From contig CAVAMP010000007.1 of assembly GCA_963589825.1 (NCBI GenBank), positions 26 to 64,025 of the forward strand: a DNA stretch of 64,000 bases, read 5' to 3'. Below, piece after piece: positions 15,904 through 24,800 of the stretch; positions within the stretch are counted from its first letter, which is position 1; each line of letters opens with the position of its first letter. This DNA is from Flexilinea sp. (GTDB lineage: Bacteria; Bacteroidota; Bacteroidia; Bacteroidales; UBA932). The notes under the pieces were generated by a model. That model was not told the origin of the DNA and made no database searches. It saw nothing but the letters and a program-made list of their open reading frames with translations. Position numbers and translations under genes: made by a program.

Positions 15904-18900
15904 TTAATATTCTCCCACCGCCACAATCTCTCCTATATGGTTTATACGAACTTTTACTATGCCTTTGAGATCTTCAGGCTTCCTATATCGTTTCCAAGTA
16001 GTGTCTCTCAAAACAGGTGCATCATTGAGTACAGTCTCCAAATGATGTCTAAAAACATAATAGCAGGTCGCCAATTTCTGCACCCGGTAGAGATTAGGAC
16101 TGATTTGAGAGTAATTCTCCGGGTTCATAAGGTCTATCTCATTCGGATCAAAGCCTGTCTTGGGATTAGGGAAAACGAAATACTCATTTCTTTTCATCGA
16201 GAACAGGAATGTCCATCCGAGGTCGCGATTGTACTCGTGGTCAACCACAGGCACCCCGTCTATTGAGCGCTGCGTGGCTTCGAAGAATGAAACCACCTTT
16301 TCCTGATAATTTCCGCCCGCATCGCTGTAAATCGCAATGTGATGGTTATTGCTCAGGCTTACATAGTCTGACGGAATCTTATGAGAGGAACTGTCAAGCA
16401 AAATGTCTCCGACATTGTCCCTTTTGTCGTGCAGGGCCTCGGCGTTGCTCACACCTGTAATCGTAACTCTCTTTATGGCAATGCCCTTTTCCTTGTTAAG
16501 CCAGATTGGGTTTTCGTCAAGATTTGAGAATGCCTTTGTAGAGTCTCCTCCGAATTCTTCAAGCCTTTTCTTGAGAATGGCGCGCACTCCGGCGTCCACA
16601 ACCTTTTCAACTTTGAGATCTTTGCCGATTTCCTTTCTTATAGTGTAGACATCCTCGGTCTTCAGAATCCCGACCTTCGCAGGCACGCACTCGCTATGGG
16701 CAGGGTTAATCCAAACCGGATTCTTGTCCAGGCTGTTCTTGCCTCCGAAGGCTTTCTTAGGGTCGCCGCCGAACTCCTCAAGCCGCCTCTGGAGCGCCTC
16801 GCGGTAGGCTTTTTTCGCAACCGTGAGGATTTTCTCCCCGGTGAATGAAGGTCCTACTTTCTCCTCGCTCACAAGGTATTGCTGAATCTTTCCGTAAATC
16901 GTCTCGTTGTGGAGTTGTCCGCGCGGGGTGAGCTGAACGCGGCGCAGAGTGCCTCCTGAGTTTTTCGTGATGTTGACATTTCTTGTCACTACCTTATTCT
17001 TCGCCTTGATTGAAACGAGCGCCGCTTCAAGGTTTTGTTTAGCCTCGGCTCGGAACTCGTCAAGGGGAATCGGCGGGTTGAAAAGCCTCTTGCCGCCGCT
17101 CCAGTACATCTGGGTCTGCTCGATTGTGCGTACTACGGCGTTTAGCTCCATCGGCTCGATTGTGCTAAGGTCCTCAAGCACATAGTCGTCAAGATTTATG
17201 TGTCGGGAGTCATCGTAGTCCTTAAGAAGCCGGGCGTTGAGGTAGTTGAGGTACTGGATGAATGAGCGTTTGGTGAAGGCGATTGTGAGCGCGTCCATCG
17301 CGTGGTGGCGGTGGTCGTTGCGCTTTGTCCAGTCCTTTATGTTCTTCTTCCTTTTTCCGTCGCGGCCTGTGGTGACCTCTGTCATCCCGAGAGCGTCATA
17401 TTTGTCCCAGTTCAGCTCCTTCATCACATCTACGAGCTGCCAGTCCTCGCGAAGTCTGTCCGTCACTGAGCCCGTTGTGCTCACGACATAAGGAACGATC
17501 TCTTCGAGCATCTCCTTGGCTTTCTTAGCAATGTATTGAGTGTCACGCAGATCTCTGTTAATGAATCCTTCCGGGATGTCCTCGCTTTTCATAAGGAGGT
17601 GATCTCGTTTGGTCTTGCTGATTGCACCTTTTTCATAGAGGTTATTGACCTTTCTCTTATAGTCTTCGAGCCCCTCTCCGCCATATTTTCCCGCCACATA
17701 GTCTATGGCTGTCGCATTACCCTTTTCCCTGTTGGCGGAGTTGGTCTCAATGGTTTTGTTGGAGAACGAGTCATCGAAGAGCCTGGCCTGCGGGATTATG
17801 TGTTCAATCTCGAAATCCTTGTCGAAAAGCTTCTCAAGAGGAATGTAGGTGTCGGAATAGAGGGTGTGGTAGCCGTTGCTTTCGAGTTCCTTCCAGAGCC
17901 GGTAGCGGATTATGTCGTTGCGGCTCACTTCTCCTCCACGTTTTGCCTTGATTTCTTTCGTAATTTCCTCGTTGGTTTTCTGCGCCTTGTCGATGGCGGA
18001 AGACATCTGCTCCCTTTCTTTAGCGGACTTTTTCAGTTCCCTCGCGAGCTCGATTCTGACCTCGTCGAGTTTTCCGTATTCCTCAATAACAGCGTTTACG
18101 ACATTCACCATCTGGTTGAGGATTTTCTCCACTACAGGGTTGCGCAGACTGTTTTTCGGCAGATTGTCGAGGCGGTCTTTATAAACTTTTTTCTCGATTT
18201 CCTCTTTGGTGAGGGATTTCGCGGAGTGGCGGTAACCGGCCGCGGCGCAGGCCTCGCTGTACTCAAGACCGTCTCGCTTCATATAAGGAAGAATCTTCCG
18301 GATGGCCTTTGCGCTGAGACTACCGTAGTCCGGGGCGAATGTCGCCGAGGCGAGAATACGTGCGCTGTCGGTGTCGAACCCGAACTGGGAGGAGAGCTTT
18401 TCTATGAGGGAAGTGTTTCCAGTGGCGGATTTATCTCCTTCGTATGAATAGAGAAGATGCCAAAGGCGGTAGAGAGGTTCCTTTTCAAGTGCATCTCCGC
18501 CGGCAAGAGAGTCAAACTCCAGAATGGCTGTGTCCCAGCCTCTTTTTCCGAAATTATCTTTGAGAGTCGGAAGAAGTTTCTCGACGGGGAGTTTTTCGTA
18601 GGCAGCGATATCCGTCTCGTCAAATTCGAGCATACGGAGATAGAGGGGCAGAAGAGATGAAACGGTCGTGTTGCCCTGGATGCCGTCTTTGAAGTTTATC
18701 TCATCGCTTCGGCGCACGACTCCGCATACAATCTTGAGAATGTCTGTCTTTTTCAGTTCCTTTTTCCAGGTGAGTTCGCGGAAGAGTTCCTGCCTCTTTC
18801 CCATCGGAACAAGTTCGCCGTTGACCCTGAGGTTGTTAAGCGTCTGCCAAATCTTGAATTCTTGGAAGAGAGGGGAGGATTTCGGGCATACGCGCGGCCC

Positions 18901-20097
18901 TACGGTCTTTGTCTTTTCCACTCCGTCCTCTGTGATTTTAATCTCGCGTGACTCGAACGGGCAGAGGCTAACAAGGGATTTCTTGCTCCTCAGAGGGCGC
19001 TGATAGAAGATTATTATGTCGCGGATTTCGTGCTTCAGCTCTTCGGTGAGCTCACTGTGGAATTGCCGCTGTGTCTCCCAAACTCTTTCAAACTCGTCAA
19101 GATAGTCCTGACGGTAGAAAACCACATTCTTTGAACTGAAATGTGGATTGCTGTCAAAATTGCGGGCAAGATACTGTCCGACGGTTTCTCCTGCGAAATA
19201 GAGTTCCTTGCTGCGGTCGCTGATCTTTCCGAGGTAGCCGCTGGAGGCTGAGAGCTGCTTCGCGATTTCCTGAAGGGCGTATGTGAGCTCTTCCAAAGAC
19301 ATTTTTTCTGTCAGGGCATTCACTCTCCACTGGTAATTCTCCTTCTGGAGTTCCCTTCTTTTCTTATCCCGCTTGATGCCTTTCACGCCCCAGGCTTCCT
19401 CGCAGATTTTCCAAGTCTGGCCTGCATTTTTCCCCCGCAGGCTTTCTCGCAACCCGGCCGTAACAAGCCCCGGGTAAAACCTTGACTGAGCCTCCCAAAT
19501 TTTGTCGAATTCTGCGTTGAGGTCGGAGGCATAGAACTCAGGGACAGAGTATTTGTCTCTCTCCATTCTCTCAAGGACGAATTGCCCCGGAGTGAGATTT
19601 TCATCATAGAGCTTCTTTGCAATGCTCATTCCGTCAATGAGACTGCCGCCTTCGTCGCCGTCTTTTGCCTTGCGGCTGCTTCTGTAGCCCCTTTTGCGGT
19701 TGATGCTCAGGAGAATGCGTGCGAACTCGGAAAGGGAAACCTCTTCGCTTGCGGCCTTAGCCCTAAGGTGCAGAGTCTCGAAAGTTGTGCGCGGCCCCTG
19801 CTCCGCAAGAACGGTGGACTCGTCAATCCAGCCCGCTTCCTTCATCACCTCTATGAGGTTGTCGCGGCGAAGCTTGTAGCGCTGGAGGTTGCGGCGCATA
19901 CTCCTTTTCAAAGTCCTGCCCGCATTGGTGGTAATGGCTTTTCCTTTCTCGAAGTTGGTCTGCTCATCCACTGTGAGGGGATTGACGCGGACTCCAAGCC
20001 GCACTATTGACGATTTTTCTTCGGGGTTTTCCGCTTCATTTACGAGCGCCCATCCGATGGATGTCGTTCCCAAGTCAAGTCCAAGTATCTTTTTCAT
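15904..20097 (-). CDS. cas9: Type II-C Cas9, 1397 aa
   Basis: RuvC-I GLDLGTTSIG, Arg-rich bridge helix, LRNPVV, RuvC-II IELARE, HNH EIEHIIPQ...N, RuvC-III HHAMDA; no csn2 or cas4 in the locus. Confidence 0.98.
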   Translation of the reverse strand: MKKILGLDLGTTSIGWALVNEAENPEEKSSIVRLGVRVNPLTVDEQTNFEKGKAITTNAGRTLKRSMRRNLQRYKLRRDNLIEVMKEAGWIDESTVLAEQGPRTTFETLHLRAKAASEEVSLSEFARILLSINRKRGYRSSRKAKDGDEGGSLIDGMSIAKKLYDENLTPGQFVLERMERDKYSVPEFYASDLNAEFDKIWEAQSRFYPGLVTAGLRESLRGKNAGQTWKICEEAWGVKGIKRDKKRRELQKENYQWRVNALTEKMSLEELTYALQEIAKQLSASSGYLGKISDRSKELYFAGETVGQYLARNFDSNPHFSSKNVVFYRQDYLDEFERVWETQRQFHSELTEELKHEIRDIIIFYQRPLRSKKSLVSLCPFESREIKITEDGVEKTKTVGPRVCPKSSPLFQEFKIWQTLNNLRVNGELVPMGKRQELFRELTWKKELKKTDILKIVCGVVRRSDEINFKDGIQGNTTVSSLLPLYLRMLEFDETDIAAYEKLPVEKLLPTLKDNFGKRGWDTAILEFDSLAGGDALEKEPLYRLWHLLYSYEGDKSATGNTSLIEKLSSQFGFDTDSARILASATFAPDYGSLSAKAIRKILPYMKRDGLEYSEACAAAGYRHSAKSLTKEEIEKKVYKDRLDNLPKNSLRNPVVEKILNQMVNVVNAVIEEYGKLDEVRIELARELKKSAKEREQMSSAIDKAQKTNEEITKEIKAKRGGEVSRNDIIRYRLWKELESNGYHTLYSDTYIPLEKLFDKDFEIEHIIPQARLFDDSFSNKTIETNSANREKGNATAIDYVAGKYGGEGLEDYKRKVNNLYEKGAISKTKRDHLLMKSEDIPEGFINRDLRDTQYIAKKAKEMLEEIVPYVVSTTGSVTDRLREDWQLVDVMKELNWDKYDALGMTEVTTGRDGKRKKNIKDWTKRNDHRHHAMDALTIAFTKRSFIQYLNYLNARLLKDYDDSRHINLDDYVLEDLSTIEPMELNAVVRTIEQTQMYWSGGKRLFNPPIPLDEFRAEAKQNLEAALVSIKAKNKVVTRNVNITKNSGGTLRRVQLTPRGQLHNETIYGKIQQYLVSEEKVGPSFTGEKILTVAKKAYREALQRRLEEFGGDPKKAFGGKNSLDKNPVWINPAHSECVPAKVGILKTEDVYTIRKEIGKDLKVEKVVDAGVRAILKKRLEEFGGDSTKAFSNLDENPIWLNKEKGIAIKRVTITGVSNAEALHDKRDNVGDILLDSSSHKIPSDYVSLSNNHHIAIYSDAGGNYQEKVVSFFEATQRSIDGVPVVDHEYNRDLGWTFLFSMKRNEYFVFPNPKTGFDPNEIDLMNPENYSQISPNLYRVQKLATCYYVFRHHLETVLNDAPVLRDTTWKRYRKPEDLKGIVKVRINHIGEIVAVGEY

Positions 20098-20226
20098 AAT
20101 TAGTTAGTTATCTTATGTGGTCATTGTGTGCGCCTAAAAAAAGCCTTAGGGCGCATAAACTGCTCCGGCAAGGAGCGTCCCTTATGAGCATAAATCCCTC
20201 AAATTTAAGAAAATTTTTCTCAAATG

Positions 20227-20257
20227 TTTGGTTATTCGCGGAAATTCCCTACATTTG
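20227..20257 (+). promoter_or_regulatory. tracrRNA promoter
   Basis: Consensus TTTG (20227-20230)-N19-TACATTTG (20250-20257) immediately before the anti-repeat. Confidence 0.8.
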
Positions 20258-20260
20258 CCA

Positions 20261-20339
20261 TTGAATCTGAAGCAATTCACAATAAGGATTATTCCGTTGT
20301 GAAAACATTTATGGCGGCTCGAATGAGTCGCCATTTTTT
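20261..20339 (+). ncRNA. tracrRNA (~79 nt)
   Basis: TGAATCTGAAGCAATTCACAA (20262-20282) is complementary to repeat nt 2-23 with a 1-nt bulge; ends in hairpin ATGGCGGCTC-GAAT-GAGTCGCCAT plus T-tract. Confidence 0.92.
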
Positions 20340-20363
20340 CTGCTCGCTACAATTCAGGGTATA

Positions 20364-21743
20364 TTATAGCTGCGGGAGTTTGAGCTCCGGGATGATCAGG
20401 TCCTGCTGGGGGATGTTGTCCTGATGGAGGAACATTATGTAGTAGATCGGGAGGTAGGTGATGCCGTTTTCGCGGCGAACTTCCGGTGAATTGTCCAGAA
20501 CTATAGCGTTCTTGATGTGGTAGTCCGGGGTGGAAAGGAAGGTGTCGAGGGCGCTGTGCGTCTTGTAGTCCTTGCCTGATTTTACCTCTATCGGGACTAC
20601 GCTGAGGCTTTCGTAATCGTCAATAAGGAAATCCACCTCGCCTTTCTTCTTGTTGTCGTAGTAGTGGAGAGTGAAGCCGTGGGCGTGAAGTTCCTGGGCT
20701 ACGGCGCTTTCATAGACGGAACCGAGGTTGACGCTGCGCTCGTCTGTGAGCACCGCGTTGATGTTTGTCCTGTAAAGAAGATTCGTCAGAAGACCTACGT
20801 CGCTCAAATAGAGTTTTACCAGATTCTTGCTCTCGGACTCCTTCAATGGGAACTTCGGGTTGCTGATCGCCTGCACCGAGAGTGCAACTCCTGAGTTTAC
20901 GAGATACTCGAACTCGTCGGCGTAGTCGCTGAACTGCTTGTGGCCCGCCTTGTTTTCTATATTCTTCACTACGATGCGCTTTTTCTTGTTCTCCATATTG
21001 GAGGGCAACATATCGTAGATTTTGCGGATGACAAGCTTCTTCTCCCCGTCGTATTGGGAGGCGTCTATCCTGTACAGCTCGTGGATGTCGCGCTGAATGC
21101 CGCGGACCTGGGTTATATTCCTGTTTTCGAGGAATTTGTTGATGGCCTCGGGCATCCCTCCGACAAGAAGGTATATCTTGAACTGTCCCAGCATATAGTT
21201 GTGCAGCGATTCGTTCAGAGGCAGGAGCTGACTGTAGTATTCCCGGATTGCGTCCAGAGTCTCCAGACTGCATCCCATCGCAATGAGAAATTCCTCAAAA
21301 TCAAGAGGATACATCTGCTCGATGGCGATGCTACCGATAGGTACTGAGGGAGTTTGCGCGAGGGCTACTCCAAGCTCGGAGCCGCTGGCGACGTATCTGT
21401 ACTTCCTGTCGGCGTTAAGGAATTTCAGCAGCGTCATCAGGTGCGGATAACTCTGAATCTCGTCAAGGAACACAATCGTGTCACTTCTGTTTCCCAGTTT
21501 CCTGCCCGCTATCGCGCCAATCTGAAGATAGAAATCCTCTGTGCTCCGAACCGATTCGAATATCCTTGCCCCTTCTTTGTCCGCTTTCAGGTTTATTTCC
21601 ACATAATTCGGGAAAAGCTTGTTGCAGACATAGCGAATCAGGTAGGATTTTCCTATCTGACGTGCTCCGTTTACAAGCAGAATTTTGTCCGGTTCGCCCA
21701 GGAGGAATTTTTCCAAATGAGCGGCATATTTCCTGTACAACAT
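20364..21743 (-). CDS. AAA+ ATPase (AAA_14/DUF4143-like) with C-terminal PD-(D/E)XK-like motif
   Basis: Walker A GARQIGKS, Walker B FLDEIQ, ASGS, MYPLDFEEFL, GGMPE, EVDFLI...PIEVKSG. Confidence 0.88.
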   Translation of the reverse strand: MLYRKYAAHLEKFLLGEPDKILLVNGARQIGKSYLIRYVCNKLFPNYVEINLKADKEGARIFESVRSTEDFYLQIGAIAGRKLGNRSDTIVFLDEIQSYPHLMTLLKFLNADRKYRYVASGSELGVALAQTPSVPIGSIAIEQMYPLDFEEFLIAMGCSLETLDAIREYYSQLLPLNESLHNYMLGQFKIYLLVGGMPEAINKFLENRNITQVRGIQRDIHELYRIDASQYDGEKKLVIRKIYDMLPSNMENKKKRIVVKNIENKAGHKQFSDYADEFEYLVNSGVALSVQAISNPKFPLKESESKNLVKLYLSDVGLLTNLLYRTNINAVLTDERSVNLGSVYESAVAQELHAHGFTLHYYDNKKKGEVDFLIDDYESLSVVPIEVKSGKDYKTHSALDTFLSTPDYHIKNAIVLDNSPEVRRENGITYLPIYYIMFLHQDNIPQQDLIIPELKLPQL

Positions 21744-21800
21744 ATCGATTTAGTATCTTTTTGGCAAAGGTACAATAAATCAGCGAGATAACAAGTGTTG

Positions 21801-21881
21801 TCAGGAATTATTCCGAGATTTTGGGGGTCAAAATCAGGAATTATTCCGAGTTTTTGGGGGTCAAAAACGGGAATTATTCCG
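21801..21881. repeat. 33-bp tandem repeat (2 full + 1 partial) with GGAATTATTCC palindromic core
   Basis: TCAGGAATTATTCCGAG(A/T)TTTTGGGGGTCAAAA at 21801 and 21834; partial copy 21867-21881 overlaps the alpha-2-macroglobulin stop codon. Confidence 0.92.
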
Positions 21882-24800
21882 TGACGGTGATGACTCCGTT
21901 GTAGGCTGCGTTGGCCCTGTAGTGCGGGGCGTAGAGGGACTCTATTTCGCTGACAGGGGCGGTGAAGACTCCCGCCTGGGAAACATAGAAGGTGTCCTCC
22001 ACCGTGGTGTTCTCCTCCGGATAGACGTCGAACCAGTAGTCGATTGAGCCGGAGTGGACTTCGCGGTAGCCCTGTGGAGTTATCCACCAGGCCCTGCAGC
22101 CCTCTAGAGCTGAGTCCACCCTCCAACCGAGAAGGGCGTAGCCGTAGCTGCCGGAAAGCTGGCGGACAGGACGCAGACACGCGTTGAGCGGGGTTCTGAG
22201 GTGCACGAGACTGCGGTTTTCGTCGCTTCTGATGCTGTAAACCGCTATGACCTTGTCCCCAACCTTGAGCGTTTCGCCCGTCTTGAGTTCGCGCCTTGCC
22301 GAAGTCTTCACTCCATTTTCGCCTTTGACCGTGCTCGGTGTGAGCTCTTCCACAAAGAACCGCCTTTCAATGCTGAAGCCGTTTCCGGCCGCTTTGATGT
22401 CCTCAAACGGCTTTTCGTATGTCTTTGAAAGGGAGATGACCGTTGTCTGGAGAAGGCTTTGGGAGCCCCTGCGGACCGCATTCGCGGCGTTTACGAACTC
22501 GAAATTCTTCTCCCACTTCTGGTTTTCCTTCTGCACCATAAGCCATAGGCGCACGCCGTCTGCAATGGTGGCTGCGCGCTCGTCGCTCTTGCCGCCGCAG
22601 GAGGCAAGATACCCGTTCCACTGCGTGAAGAGGTTGCTTATCATCGCGTGGGCGTAGGCTTCACTGGAGAGCAGGGCCCTAAACGGCATCACGGCATTAG
22701 GGTAGTAGAAGCCGCCGGACGGGTGCTCAACGGCGTATTGCTTGAGAGTCTCGATGCTGCGGGAAAGAGTCTTTTTCATCTTGCGGCATTTTAGACCCAG
22801 TGAACTGTCGAATTTGTCAGAGCTACTGCTCAGAATGTTCAGGATTGCGAGGGAGCGGCGGGCCTTTTCGAGAATCTGCCCGGAGGCAATCGCGTCGTTC
22901 TTTCCGCTTTCCTGGACGTAGGCCTTGATTTCCTTTAGAGTCTTTTTGTAGCTTTCCTTGCCAACGCGGGTTTTCAGGGAGTCGGTGTCCACCGCAATCC
23001 CAGGGAAGAGTGAGCGCAGGTAGAGGTATTCCCCTGTGGAGATGCCGCAGTACCAGTGTCTTCTATCGCGTGAAGTAAACATCTGGGCGTCAATGTATTG
23101 CACCGCGTCGTGGAATACGCTCACCCAGTCCGCTCCGCGAGGAAGAAGCCCCTCGGAGCGAAGAAGCGCGAGCCTTTCCAGCACCACGGCCGTGAGAGCC
23201 GCGGAGGAGCTCATTCCGCTGAACCAGCCGAAGCCTCCGTCAGAGTTACGGCACTCCAGAAGTGCATCGATGCACTCCATTGTGTCCCCTTCGCCGCTAA
23301 CCGCCCTCACGTAGAGCACTTCGCTAAGGTTAAGGACATTCTTGGAGCTGATTTCACTCTTCCCGGCGAGCACTTCGTCCAACATCTCGCTGATGCTTAC
23401 CTCTTTCTGAAGGGCGCCGAAAGCCGTAGTGTTCACAAACTGCTTTTTCAAGTTCTCTATGAGAGCATCCTTGTCCATACCGTCGCGGTAGAGAGCGGAA
23501 TGGGCCTCGGTGAGCCGCTGTTTTCCTTCAAGAACCGGGACTCTTACAAGAAGGGCGTCGCTTAGCGCCGTTCCCTTGCTGTCGGAGCCTCTGAAAACGG
23601 CTTTGAAACTCAGCGTCGCCTTGCCGCGGGAGTAGGACTGCATATTCTCCGCCTCGGGGGCATAGATTGAAAATTCCTTCGTCACTGCCTTTCCCGCTTC
23701 GAGAGTGAGCGGGCAGCTCTGGACAAGAACGGCCTGGGCTCTCTCGTTATAGAGGTCGGCGTCCCCGTCATAAATGTAGACTGTGAGTGTGCCTGAAACT
23801 GCCTTGTCGCTGTTGTTGGAAATTGAAGGGCGGAAAGCGTAGCGGTCGCCTCCGTAAAGAAGCGAAGGCTCGTGGACTGTTATTGTAACAGGCTGACTTA
23901 CAGTGAACTCGCTGCGGGAAGTCGCGTTGCGGAACTCTTTGTCGTGGGCGAAAAGCGCGAGGATGTATGTGGAGAGGCGGTCGGAGGTCGTGAATGTGAC
24001 TTCGGCCGTGCCGTCCTCTGCGGTGCGGACAAAAGGCTGGAATGAGAGCGTGGTCTGGAAATCCTGACGCACCTTCACTGTCCCCTGGGCGCTTTCTTCC
24101 TCTCCTGAGGCGCTTGCAGGGGCGCTTTCCAGCGCTACAGAGCTGTTCATAACCGCCATATCGTCGGCAGACTCCTCGCTCATAAGGGAGGCCGTCGCGA
24201 TGTTTGCAGACTTACTCATACGAGCCTTTATCGGGGAGGCGAGGCCGTAGTTCAAGTATCCTGCGCGGGACGAAAAGTCGCAGCCTTCCGCAGTTTCGGA
24301 AGACACATTTATGCTCCGCATTTGTGGTCTCACGGCGCTCCAGCTGTTCGGACGGATGTCCTCGGAGGACTTGTCAAAGACAGCCGCAAGAATCTCAGAG
24401 GCCTTCTGTGAAGAGACCCTCACAGTGTACTGAGTGCCCGGGAGGCAGGACGAAGAGAATGTGCTCACTGAAAGCGGCAGGCAGTAGCTGCTTTCGGAGC
24501 GGGCGAACTCGTGGTCGAAGCTGCGGTAGCGTCCGTCCTTGAAGTATTCAATCCTAAGGAGCACTTTGTCGCTCCACTGCGAAGAGTAGTCCCAGGCGAG
24601 TTTCCTAAGAGATCCGCTCTTTCCGGCCACTCCGTCCAGTTCAACCCGCTCGTTCATAAGAAGATGTCCGTTGAGGTCAAAAAGCAGTGCGTTAGCCCAG
24701 AGGGCGCCTCTGCCCGCGCCGAAAAGAACCCCGATCCGGCCCTCGGAGTCAATGACTTTGAAGACGTTCTCCACCTCAGCCCCGAGATGGGTGTCGCTCC

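Noticed and set aside
20224..20424. 66-aa ORF upstream of cas9
   Set aside because: Overlaps the tracrRNA, its promoter and its terminator; better explained as non-coding
21801..21881. Possible second mini-CRISPR array, and similarity of GGAATTATTCCG to tracrRNA GGATTATTCCG
   Set aside because: The units are head-to-tail with no unique spacers, and the short match could be chance
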